Of a stretch of 64,000 nt of DNA, positions 52,507-64,000 are shown piece after piece. Source of the stretch: Octopus bimaculoides (taxonomy: Eukaryota); assembly GCF_001194135.2 (NCBI RefSeq), contig NC_068985.1, positions 11,373,621 to 11,437,620 of the forward strand. The letters are read 5' to 3'. How positions within the stretch are numbered: position 1 is the first letter of the stretch; each line of letters opens with the position of its first letter. A program made the translations under genes and the position numbers. Under the pieces are notes generated by a model. The model ran no database searches. It was not told where the DNA came from and was given only the letters and a program-made list of their open reading frames with translations.

Positions 52507-52720
52507 GTATTTATGTATGCGTGTCTTTGCGTCTCTATTTGTCCCACTACCGTCACTTGACAACCGGTGTTGGTGTCTTTACCTCCCCATAACTTAACGG
52601 TTCGGTATAAGAATTCCATAGAATAAGTACCAGTCTATACGTTCAACTAAAATTGTTCAAGCTTGTGTCCCGGCATGCACGCAGTCTAGTTACTGAAACT
52701 AGCAAAAGATAAAATATAAA
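52301..52720 (+). mobile_element. SINE family F1, full length with internal (TG)n
   Basis: GGCAGAGGTGTGGCTATGTGG head, CCTTGGGCAA box, (TG)n at about 52465-52500, tail to ACTGAAACTAGCAAAAG. Confidence 0.85.
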
Positions 52721-54940
52721 AGATATACTAGCAGATTACACGGTGCAATGCGAGAAATTACTCACTCAGACGGGAATGGCAAGGTCTATATTCAAATGCT
52801 TGCACAGTCGAAATAACTATTACCTCTTGCAAAACATGGACAGGTAATTTTCTTCTAGGGTTTGCGAGAAAACCAATGCGTTGCGTTTCCTTCTTCAGCA
52901 TTCTAATTATATTCTTTACGTCTTACCTGTATGTATTTTGGTGCAAAACAATCTCTATATATCTGGTGTCACACGTTGAATTAGTAATACAAGAAGCAAC
53001 CGACAAAACATGAACGATAACCATTCAGGTGTAAAGAAAAACATTAAAAGAATGTAAAATTTAAATGTTTTTAAAGAGATTTTATCTCCAGATTATTTGC
53101 ACCGGCCTTGAACTTGTAGAAAGATTGGCTAGAGTAGATAAAATCAACCACAACAAACATCCGGTTGTAAAATTTAAACTACAGGTATGCAATTTTGACA
53201 ATAAAAGAATTTTGACTTTGCTAAAAATAAACGAATATGTTTGACGCCATAAATGAATGGGAAAGGAAGCTTTATGGTCGGCTTACAACAGGTTTAATTT
53301 AAAATGTAGTACAAACGCTTAGTGGTTGCATAGCTCCAAATAAATGGCAAATGAAAATTCAGAGGATCTGCTGCATCAGAATATAAATATGGTTTATGTG
53401 TGTTGATTTCATAGTGTTTTATATTTTTCTAAAGATATGTGGATATGTGGATATGTGGACATCAATATCTCTAGCGGCAGATTTGAGCGACTCTCAAAGG
53501 AAAAGGGGAAAATAATTAAAGACGTGTTGCAGCTTTGACAAGTTAACTGATATTTTGTAACTGAATTAAAAAGTTGATTGTTGTTTTTTTTTTTCACAAA
53601 TATTATTGTGGATGTAGCTAAGAATGCTCTAATTTAATATTTACTGAGCAAATATCTGGTAGCGGAGTTGAAAGGTTCCATGTGAACTTTGGATGACATT
53701 AATCCTTTAGGTTTCCTCTGGGTCTCTGCTCTGGTGTCTAACGTTATATTATGTTATATGCTATTTTGCTTTATCATTTATGCTATTAAAAGTATGTATG
53801 CTACGTTTTTCCTTACTTACTCTTCATGTTAATTTCTATTTCCACGTTTGTCTTAGCCCTGCTAGAAAAAATAAGGTTTCAATAGATTTCCAAAAATGTC
53901 TAAAGTCAGATTAAATAATAGCAGGAAGAGCCTAGGGCTCTTACGGAACTTAACGTTCGAAGGGCATAAGAATGAAAGGGTTCTAAGTCATTAATCCTTG
54001 GTTGTTAATCTCGCATTTTGATGGTTTAGTAGTACGTATCTTCGTTTATGTCTGAGCCATGAAAATATAACCAACACTGTACACAAGAGATTTTATTCTC
54101 AATATTCTCGTGAATTTTCCTCGTTTAAATCTTTTCTGATAGATTTTTTGTAAATACGACAAAACATACAACTTTTTACGTTATGACATATTAAATCTGC
54201 TCATGGAGAGTGCTAGAAAGTTTGTTTTAGTATATCCTCGATCGAAGGGTAACACCTTAAATACACCAAAAAAGTGATGGATATGTAGTTAACGTTTCGT
54301 TGACGAAAAAGAAAACACATTTAGACTATTCTCAAGAAAGCAGAGTGGACTCATCAGAGACGGCATCTTTTTTACAACCAGAACGAGGATGTTACTAATA
54401 TGCAATCATGGTATCAGGGAGTGTATTAAAGAGAAAATTATGTATTTGTACGCATAGGAATTCATTGTTGTTTAATACACTTTTAGGAGTATAAGTCTGC
54501 ATTTTAGGAGTGTAAGTCTGCATAAGCAAATACAAAATATACTAATCCGAAATGTTTATAATTATCTCCCTTATATCTCACCTTACGCATTATTAGCATC
54601 GTTCTGGTTGAATAGAAATAGTGTCGTTGATGAAAGGTTAACAAATACAGATTAAGTTTGATGATGCACAGTTTAGTTTAAATAGTTTTCGTGTATCTTA
54701 AAGTTTGCTATTTATTGGCTGTCTTAATCTTTTCAATGAAAAACAAGCCCATTCATTTATAAACACACACACACACGCACATATACAGAGAGTGAGAAAG
54801 AGAGAGAGAAAGAGAAAGCGAGTGAGAGGGAAAGAGAGAAAGAGAGAGAAAGAGAGAAATAGAAGGGGTTAGATATAGAAGTAATAACAGAGACAATTCT
54901 GAGCACATTCTTCTGTAAGTGGTAAAAGCAGACGAAAATA

Positions 54941-55181
54941 CAGTAATCCCTCGCCATATCGCGTTTCACATATTGCGCTTCACCAATCGCGGTTCCCCTA
55001 TCGCGATCTATTATTTAAGCTTACGTCGATTCCTCCCTGGTGTTGCTTTGCATTTATAATAGAATAAATATATAGAAATTACAATAATAAGAAGAAAAAT
55101 CAGTGCTGTTTCTCCTTCGCGGATTTTCATCTATCGCGGCGGGTTTTGCAATACACACCCGCGATAGTCGACGGATTACTG
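54941..55181. mobile_element. Tigger/pogo-like (Tc1/mariner superfamily) MITE, 241 bp
   Basis: TIRs CAGTAATCCCTCGCCATATCGCG and, in reverse complement, CAGTAATCCGTCGACTATCGCG; TA on the left flank, AA on the right. Confidence 0.75.
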
Positions 55182-55400
55182 AATTCCTAACAATCAAAGG
55201 ATTATAAGAGCATTAATTGATGTATATCTCTTGGTAAACAAAGGAAAACAGAAAATCCGAGCGTCAGATGTTGTTCTGAATAAATAGTATATGTCTGTGT
55301 GAGTGCATTTACATACATTATATATATATCACAATGTAACCTCGTGGATATCGTTGGCGATTTTTTCTTCCCCCGTCTTCCCTTCTTTGGACTTTCCTAT

Positions 55401-55435
55401 ATTTTCGACGAAGAGCTTCGCTCGAAACGTCAAAT
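55401..55435 (+). ncRNA. Degenerate hammerhead-like motif, second family (core TCGACGA)
   Basis: ATTT TCGACGA A GAGC ttc GCTC GAAAC GTC AAAT; lies in a repeat ending at (TA)n near 55530. Confidence 0.45.
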
Positions 55436-55525
55436 TCTCTTTCTTTCCTTTCCTGAGCGTCCAGTAACACAATATCACGTTCTCGCGTTGTTGTTGTTTT
55501 TTTTCGTCGTTTTTCCTGTTTGAAC

Positions 55526-55589
<64 letters not shown>

Positions 55590-56344
55590 TGGATAGATAG
55601 ATAGATGCAATATGCATTTATATGTATGTTTGTATAGTGACATACATGCATGCGTACACAAGCAGAAGCATCTGGATGGAACGAGAAGCAGCGAATGGAA
55701 GGGGCTGTCCTTAAATGCGTAATTCCATATTTCAGCTTGAGAGAAATGTGATAAAAATCTGAGCAACAGACGGAATGTCTCTGCAGGGAGCCCTAAATAT
55801 TTTTGTTAGGGTGTGTAAGAGAAAATGTCTCCTTGGGGTCAAGAATAATAAAGAGATTACATTAAAAAGGATGAGGGGGTGGGGAATGAAAACGGAAACT
55901 GAACTAAGAGTGTTATGAAATTATTATAACATATAAGAGGAGAAAAGGAAATAGAAATTTGGGGGAGGGTCACACTTAATGCCGTTTCGTTTGCTGTTGT
56001 TGTTGTTGTGGCAGTGGTGGTGGTGTTTGTTGCTGTTGTTGTTAATTCTTACTTTTGATATTGTTTCACGTTTTATCATCGTCGTCATCATCATCACCAT
56101 CCCCACCATCATCATCATCATCATCATCATCACTGATGCTGTTGCTTTAGCTTTTATCATCATCCTCATCATCATCATTCTTGTCGTGATGTTATTGTTA
56201 TTACTATTACAACGAGGATGATGATGGTGACGATGACGGTGATGATGATAATGATGAAGATAACGAGGAGGACCAGGTGGTAGTAGTAGTAGTAGAGAGG
56301 AGGAGGGAGTTGATTAGGATGACCGTGGGCTGGTAATTGTAACG

Positions 56345-56824
56345 ATGTATAATGTTGGCTGGTACTCGTGCCTCTTGTTGCATTTACCGTTTGCTGCTCC
56401 CGTTGATTCTGTTGATGATGGCGGCGGCGGCGGCAGTAGAGGTGGAAAAGATGTTGATGGCAATGGTGCCGTTGTTGTTGGTGGTGGTGGTGATGGTGAT
56501 GATGTTGTCGGTGGTGCAGGTGGTGGAAAAGATATTGATGGTAACAGTGTTGTTGATGGTGGGGGTGGTGGTTTTGGTGGTGGAGGTGGTGGTGATGATG
56601 TTGTTCTTTGCGGTGGAGGTGGTGGAAAAGGTGTTGATGGTAACGGCTTTATTGTTGCTGTTTTTTTTTGTTGTTGTGGTGGTGGTGTTGATGGTGGTGA
56701 TTCTAGTAGTTTTGGTATTGGCAATGATAGTTGCTGTCCCTTGATGACAGAGAAACAGCTATGTTGCTTTAAGAATAATATAGTGGGTGTTATTGATGTT
56801 GTTGTTGTTGATGGTGTGGTTTAG
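56345..56824 (+). CDS. Hypothetical Gly/Asp/Val-rich ORF with three GGK(D/G)(V/I)DGN repeats; may be non-coding triplet repeat
   Basis: 159-aa ORF from the track, moderately hydrophobic N-terminus; several frames are open because of triplet repeats. Confidence 0.2.
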   Translation: MYNVGWYSCLLLHLPFAAPVDSVDDGGGGGSRGGKDVDGNGAVVVGGGGDGDDVVGGAGGGKDIDGNSVVDGGGGGFGGGGGGDDVVLCGGGGGKGVDGNGFIVAVFFCCCGGGVDGGDSSSFGIGNDSCCPLMTEKQLCCFKNNIVGVIDVVVVDGVV

Positions 56825-57069
56825 CTCTCGGACAGGTCTCCTCGATCAAACCTTTGATCGAAGATGCTCCTACCTTCGTCATATCATCAATTCCCAGGAA
56901 CTCATTATTCGATGTGCTCCGTGTTTAGATCGAGATTTCGCTGTTAAATCTGGCAAATCGATCGACCTCGTGGGACAGAGTCCATTTAGCTGGTGTAGTG
57001 ATGTTAATTGTTAAAAATCTGTGAAACTACGCTAAAAGCCATCGTCGATCACCTTCAGCTAGCTTCTGT

Positions 57070-57690
57070 CATTTGTCTTTTACTTGTTTTAGGCATTAGA
57101 CTGCGGTCATGCTGGAGCAATGCCTTCAAAAGTCAATTAGTCGAATGAATCGACCCCAGTACATATCTGTTGTTAAAACCTGGTAACTATATCGGTCACT
57201 TTTGCCGGACGGGTGTGTTATGGGGACGTAAACGCACGAACACTGGTTATCAAGTTGTGTTGGAGGGGAGGGCGGGAGAAACACAGACACAAAGATACAC
57301 AAACACACACGCATATACACACATATGTATACATATATACGACGGGCTTCTTTCAGTTTCCGCCTTCCAAATCCCATCACACAGCATTGGACGTCTCGAG
57401 CCTATCGTAGAAGACACTTGCCCAAGGTGCCGCGCAGCGGGACTGAACCCGGAATTATGTGGCTGAGAGCCTAACTTCTTATTTCTTTATTGCCCACAAG
57501 GGGCTACACACAGAGGGGACAAACAAGGACAGATAAACGGATTAAATCGATTACATCAACCCCGAAAGGATGAAAGGCAAAGTCGACCTCGGCGGAATTT
57601 GAACTCAGAACGTAGCGGCAGACCGTGCTAATGTTTCTGCCAGCTCGCCGCCTGGGGGGGCGGGCTAACTTCTTACCAGACAACCACACC
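57070..57690 (-). mobile_element. SINE family F1, full length, interrupted in its head by an F2 insertion
   Basis: Tail 57070-57290, AC/AT tract, head to 57470, resuming at 57665. Confidence 0.85.
57482..57652 (-). mobile_element. SINE family F2 (tail-B, internally deleted) nested in F1
   Basis: TSD CTAACTTCTTA at 57471-81 and 57665-75. Confidence 0.88.
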
Positions 57691-58568
57691 TACGTCAATA
57701 CTGACGAAATGTATCGATCAACTAACTGATCGTATTAGAGTTATCAATCTTCATGGTTTTTAAAACTTAATTGCCCCAGCTGGACGCATTCAAATTGGAA
57801 ACCTACGACATTAAAGTAAAACGGAATGTGTTATAGTTTTGACATCACAGAGTATTCGGAAATTAAATATAGTCAACGGATTGTTATCGAAGTATATTAT
57901 TGCAGCTAGTACACAGTATCGATGAGTATGGTTCCAATAGATATCTACACACATTTTCAATTGAATTGCAATCAGACACCACACCGCGTCCATGACCCAA
58001 TAAAAGAGCGGCAAAAAAAAAATCATTGCGTTAATTTAATAAAGTGTATTCATTGAATGGTTCTCATTAAGTATAAAACCTATATTACATAGATTCCAAA
58101 TAATGGTTGGTTGAAAGGCTTTAGAATCAGAAGCGAACTGCATATAAGAGTTTTTTTTACTGTCTTCGAAAGGAATCAGTGAAAGCGACAGTTATGGAAC
58201 AATACAACGGACAATAAACAATATATTGTATTGTATAATATGATGCAGTACTCCGTTGACAAGAATGTGAGTTATGTTCGGTAGATGTCTTAAAGTCTGT
58301 AGCATTTCGCCCCTTAGTCATTTCGCATCGCCCGAGAGCAGCAGTAAAGACTGAAATAGCCTTCGCCTACAGAAGAGTTCCTTCTGCGGTCTCTTTTCAA
58401 CCACAACCACCTTGAACTTGTCTTATCTGTCACTGTTATCTCCATCATGATTTTTTCTTGTCACGGGGAATGGGTCTACATGCTGCCCTTTAACAAGAGG
58501 CCCATCAATCAAGTAGAGATATTTGGTTACTTGGTACATTAGACGGTCATCAGTCACTATCATGCTTA

Positions 58569-58775
58569 TGTAGTAAAGATTGTTTGCCAACAAGATGGCA
58601 GTCCTGGTTTAGGACTAATGTTGCTGTAATTTCAGCCCCAGGAGACATCGTCTCCAGCTGGCTATACGACACGAGCTCTGTCCTTATATTTTCGAACAAG
58701 GGAATCTAGCACCCTCACTCAGCTCAAAACAATATCTGTGTATCGTGATTTCTGGGTTGTTTCTCTTCATCAGCA
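58569..58775. repeat. Unclassified dispersed repeat G, copy 2 (5' stub again at 58917-71)
   Basis: Matches 33487-33705. Confidence 0.8.
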
Positions 58776-59680
58776 CATAATAATTGCTCGGCTAGAGGTG
58801 GCGCTGCAAAATTCCCGTTCAAAATATATAGTTTTCAAAGTGACAACTAGTCACTAATTTATAACTTAGAAAACTTTTTTGATCTCACAATGAGAGATAT
58901 TCAGCAACAGTACTTTGGAGTAAAGATTGTTTGCCAACCTAACATGGCAGTCCTGGTTTAGGACGAATGTTTATGGATTTCAAAAACACTCGAGTGATAC
59001 TGTGTCTACGAATTGTCGTGATAATCTCTGTATATTGAATCTTCTCGGCTAATTTTATTAGATATGCATGATACTGCTGTTAAGGTCTATCGTATTCAGA
59101 ACTTTCCTTGAGTTCGTTTCCCACAATATTATTATTATTAATATTCATAAGTGACACTAAGCTGCTCCATCTGTATGTATACCAATCATCTCCAATCCTT
59201 GCTTAGTACAATATCCTTTCCTCGGGAGATATAATACGACCAAAACATACCCGTTTCCGTCCATCAATAAGCTTTGAAGGAAAATGACAATTTTTAAAAT
59301 AAATTATCCGAATGTCACAAAAATTTAACAGTGTTCAGCTTACTACTTTATCTCACTTGTTCGTTGGTATTAAGGCTTAAACATTGATAGAGGAAGTTGT
59401 CGGTTGCATGGATAATCTCGATTAATCGTATTTTTGTTTTTTATAAATGTTTCTTTCGTTTTCCTTTCAAAATCCCAATATTACATAACTGATATCCCAC
59501 CATATGCGTATACGGAACCTTACTCTTGTTGGTAATTCTGTTTATATAACAACTGGTATATTCATCGCTAGAAACGACGGAAGATCAATTTACTACTCTT
59601 ATTTAAATGAAAACATTGGCGAATGTATATACGTTGAAGAAACACACACGCACACACCTAAATACATATAAATATGTATG

Positions 59681-59729
<49 letters not shown>

Positions 59730-60569
59730 NNNNNNNNNNNNNNNNNNNNNNNNNNNNNNNNNNNNNNNNNNNNNNNNNNNNNNNNNNNNNNNNNNNNNNN
59801 NNNNNNNNNNNNNNNNNNNNNNNNNNNNNNNNNNNNNNNNNNNNNNNNNNNNNNNNNNNNNNNNNNNNNNNNNNNNNNNNNNNNNNNNNNNNNNNNNNNN
59901 NNNNNNNNNNNNNNNNNNNNNNNNNNNNNNNNNNNNNNNNNNNNNNNNNNNNNNNNNNNNNNNNNNNNNNNNNNNNNNNNNNNNNNNNNNNNNNNNNNNN
60001 NNNNNNNNNNNNNNNNNNNNNNNNNNNNNNNNNNNNNNNNNNNNNNNNNNNNNNNNNNNNNNNNNNNNNNNNNNNNNNNNNNNNNNNNNNNNNNNNNNNN
60101 NNNNNNNNNNNNNNNNNNNNNNNNNNNNNNNNNNNNNNNNNNNNNNNNNNNNNNNNNNNNNNNNNNNNNNNNNNNNNNNNNNNNNNNNNNNNNNNNNNNN
60201 NNNNNNNNNNNNNNNNNNNNNNNNNNNNNNNNNNNNNNNNNNNNNNNNNNNNNNNNNNNNNNNNNNNNNNNNNNNNNNNNNNNNNNNNNNNNNNNNNNNN
60301 NNNNNNNNNNNNNNNNNNNNNNNNNNNNNNNNNNNNNNNNNNNNNNNNNNNNNNNNNNNNNNNNNNNNNNNNNNNNNNNNNNNNNNNNNNNNNNNNNNNN
60401 NNNNNNNNNNNNNNNNNNNNNNNNNNNNNNNNNNNNNNNNNNNNTGTTTGCCAACCTAACATTCGTCCTAAACCAGGACTGCCATGTTAGGTTGGCAAAC
60501 AATCTTTACTCCAAAGTACTGTTGCTGAATATCTCTCATTTCTCCGTGTTTTTCTCCTTGTCTCCGTAT

Positions 60570-60606
60570 TCTTTCTGTTGAAGAGCGTAGCTCGAAACGT
60601 CAAAGA
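60570..60606 (+). ncRNA. Minimal type-I hammerhead-like motif, second family (core CTGTTGA, one substitution)
   Basis: TCTTT CTGTTGA A GAGC gta GCTC GAAAC GTC AAAGA: perfect 5-bp stem I, 4-bp stem II, GUC triplet. Confidence 0.6.
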
Positions 60607-60872
60607 CTTTCCGTATTCCCGAGCGTCATACTAATATATACTTTTGTTATTTACACCACCTGTCCTCGTCTGTTGTTATTTTTTGTATATTCTCCCATAT
60701 ATATGTATATATATATATATGTATGTATGTATGTATATATATATATATATGTGTGTGTGTGTCTATATATATGTATATATTTACACATACATACATATAT
60801 ATGTATATATGTATGTATGTATATATATATAAATATATACATTCATGCAATCCATACATACTTATGTATTCA

Positions 60873-60903
<31 letters not shown>

Positions 60904-61667
60904 GTGAGCGTGCAACCTACGGTTTTCATGATAATATCTGAGTGTTTTTTTTAAATGTGTATTTATTTATTCCACTCGCAAGGATTATCGTTTCAATGGC
61001 GCTGCTTGTGAGCGTGTCTGTGTGTGTGTGTGTGTGTGTGTNNNNNNNNNNNNNNNNNNNNNNNNNNNNNNNNNNNNNNNNNNNNNNNNNNNNNNNNNNN
61101 NNNNNNNNNNNNNNNNNNNNNNNNNNNNNNNNNNNNNNNNNNNNNNNNNNNNNNNNNNNNNNNNNNNNNNNNNNNNNNNNNNNNNNNNNNNNNNNNNNNN
61201 NNNNNNNNNNNNNNNNNNNNNNNNNNNNNNNNNNNNNNNNNNNNNNNNNNNNNNNNNNNNNNNNNNNNNNNNNNNNNNNNNNNNNNNNNNNNNNNNNNNN
61301 NNNNNNNNNNNNNNNNNNNNNNNNNNNNNNNNNNNNNNNNNNNNNNNNNNNNNNNNNNNNNNNNNNNNNNNNNNNNNNNNNNNNNNNNNNNNNNNNNNNN
61401 NNNNNNNNNNNNNNNNNNNNNNNNNNNNNNNNNNNNNNNNNNNNNNNNNNNNNNNNNNNNNNNNNNNNNNNNNNNNNNNNNNNNNNNNNNNNNNNNNNNN
61501 NNNNNNNNNNNNNNNNNNNNNNNNNNNNNNNNNNNNNNNNNNNNNNNNNNNNNNNNNNNNNNNNNNNNNNNNNNNNNNNNNNNNNNNNNNNNNNNNNNNN
61601 NNNNNNNNNNNNNNNNNNNNNNNNNNNNNNNNNNNNNNNNNNNNNNNNNNNNNNCACACACATACGT

Positions 61668-61700
<33 letters not shown>

Positions 61701-61712
61701 AGCTTGTATACT

Positions 61713-61930
61713 TTTATTCTTTTACTTGTTTTGATCATTTGACTGCGGCCATGCTGGAGCACCACCTTTAGTCGAGCTAATCGGCCACAGGACTTATTCT
61801 TTGTAAGTCTGGTGCTTATTCTATCGGTCCCTTTTGCCGAACCGGTAAGTTACGGGAACGTAAACGCACCAGCATCGGTTGTCAAGTGATGTTGGGTGGG
61901 GGGGACAAACTCAGATACACAAACACATAC
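61713..61930 (-). mobile_element. SINE family F1 tail half
   Basis: TTTTATTCTTTTACTTGTTTTGATCATTTGACTGCGGCCATGCTGG...GGGGGACAAAC. Confidence 0.88.
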
Positions 61931-62133
61931 ACACACACATATATATCTGTATGTATGTATATATATGCATACATTTATATATATATATATATATGTATGT
62001 ATATATACATACATACACACACATATAGATATATGTACGTATACTTGTATACACACAAAATACACAAACATAGAAATATAGACAGAATATCATATACAAA
62101 CATTTATCAGATGCGTTCATATATTTGATTGTA

Positions 62134-62171
<38 letters not shown>

Positions 62172-62172
<1 letters not shown>

Positions 62173-62429
62173 TTTACTTGTTTCAGTCGTTAGAATGCGG
62201 CCATGCTGGGGTACCACTAACTATCTTTTTTATAGCCTGGCACTTAACCTATCGTCCCTTTTGTCGCTAAGTTACGGGAACACAGTTGTGAAGGGGTACT
62301 TGGGAACAAACACAAAGTCACACGCGCACACAGATGTAAACACACCAACATCGGTTGTAAAGCGATTGTGTCGGGGTGGGGGACAAACACGCCGCAAGCA
62401 CACGCACACACATACATACATACATATTT

Positions 62430-62489
<60 letters not shown>

Positions 62490-62639
62490 CATAGGCTTCT
62501 TTCAGTTTCCATGTAACAAAACTACTCAGACAGCTCTGGTGGGGGCCGGGGATATAGTATAAGGCCTCGCAATGGGATTGAACACGGGACCAGGTGATTA
62601 GGGAGCGAGCTTCTTGGAACACAGCCACGAGTGCGCCTA
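62172..62639 (-). mobile_element. SINE family F1, full length, with expanded internal (AC)/(ATAC) tract
   Basis: Tail 62172-62395, microsatellite to 62490, head ending CACAGCCACGAGTGCGCCT. Confidence 0.8.
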
Positions 62640-62644
62640 TATAT

Positions 62645-62708
<64 letters not shown>

Positions 62709-63414
62709 GTACATATATAGATATGTGTGTGCGTACGTGTGTATGTATCTATGTGTGCGTGTATACGACACACGTACACACAACAAACAACGCCAGGGAT
62801 ATAGCGAAGTGCAGCAGCAGACAGAGAGACAGATAGGCAAACAGACAGAGAGACCCGTTGACAGACACATAGACGGAGATAGATAGATAGATAGATACAT
62901 AGATAGAGAGAGAGAGAGAGAGAGAGACAGAGTGGGGGGAGGTATTTAGAGGCAGAAGGAAGATGGTAAAGAGAGAGGAACGGATTAGATGTCGACGTTT
63001 CGATTGTTGTAGTTGTTAATGTCGCTGTTAAACGTAACACCGATGAAAGGCATTCCACCCGCGACCACGCCGCCGTTTTCCTATGCAGTACAAACCCACA
63101 ACAACAACATCCGACGATTTCTTTTCTAAGCAGTTGGAATTTAGTATGAGAAGTAATTTGGCTGTTATTTCTAACATGTCGAGCCACTACGTAGAAAGGC
63201 AGGCAGCGAGTGAGAGAGAGAGAGGGAGAGAGGAGAGGGGAGAGAGTTAGAAGGACACAGAGATTGTGAGGGAAGGGAGAAAGCGCGAGGGAGGTGGGGC
63301 TCCTTAGTCAAACTGTCACACACGCACACACGCAGACCCATGCACACACGCGCGCGCGTAGAACCAGTCTGCAATAAGACACCGATTGGAGTGGAAACGG
63401 AAACGGTTTTAGGA

Positions 63415-63512
63415 AGACAGAGGGGGGTGGGCGAGAAAGAAGAATGATAGTAGGCAAAGAAAAAAGGGAGAGAAAGAAAGAGAAAGAGAGAGAGAAAGAA
63501 ATAGAAAGAGAG

Positions 63513-63555
<43 letters not shown>

Positions 63556-63693
63556 GAGAGAAAGAAAGAAGGAAAGAAAGAACGAAAGGAAGAGAGAAGT
63601 GGGGACAGATAGAGAAAGAAAGAGAGAGAGAGAGAGAGAGAAGTAAAGTTTGGAACTGATATATTGGCAATAAAGTGAAAAGAGACAGATAGG

Positions 63694-63737
<44 letters not shown>

Positions 63738-63740
63738 TAG
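63415..63740. repeat. GA-rich polypurine tract and (AGAC)n
   Basis: Direct inspection. Confidence 0.9.
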
Positions 63741-63961
63741 TGAGATGGAGGGAGAGAGAGAAAATTTGTGTGTCTGTGTGTAAGAGTGGAAAGAAAATGG
63801 AATGAAACTTAATGAAAATATTTTTGTAAGACTATACGTAGATACGAACACATACAGAGAGATACACAGACAACCACACAAACATATATATACACACACA
63901 CACAAGCAGAAACAAACACACACACACACACATGCGACAACTCGTATATGTACGACACAAA

Positions 63962-64000
<39 letters not shown>

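Noticed and set aside
830-61771. Long ORFs containing X-runs and YI/CV/HT/LS dipeptide repeats
   Set aside because: Artefacts of N-gaps and dinucleotide microsatellites, which lack stop codons.
1-64000. CRISPR arrays, rRNA, prokaryotic operons
   Set aside because: No regularly spaced repeat-spacer array, rRNA-like sequence or gene-dense coding; the landscape is eukaryotic.

Overview
AT-rich, non-coding eukaryotic scaffold window with 13 N-gaps, most of them flanked by microsatellites. No protein-coding gene can be supported. The repeat families look like those of Octopus (pattern recognition only, not verified by search). The window holds dozens of tRNA-headed SINE-like copies from four families that share and swap modules (my labels F1-F4). 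It also holds two DNA-transposon MITEs (hAT-like and Tigger/pogo-like), several fold-back or inverted structures and many simple repeats. The main signal is five minimal type-I hammerhead-ribozyme-like motifs in two repeat families. One family also carries a Pol III (tRNA-like) A/B-box and inserts with 5' inversions. This suggests a non-autonomous Penelope-like or retrozyme-type retroelement. Each genomic copy has 1-2 core substitutions, but the three-copy consensus is a canonical core. Boundaries were read by eye and may be off by a few bases.
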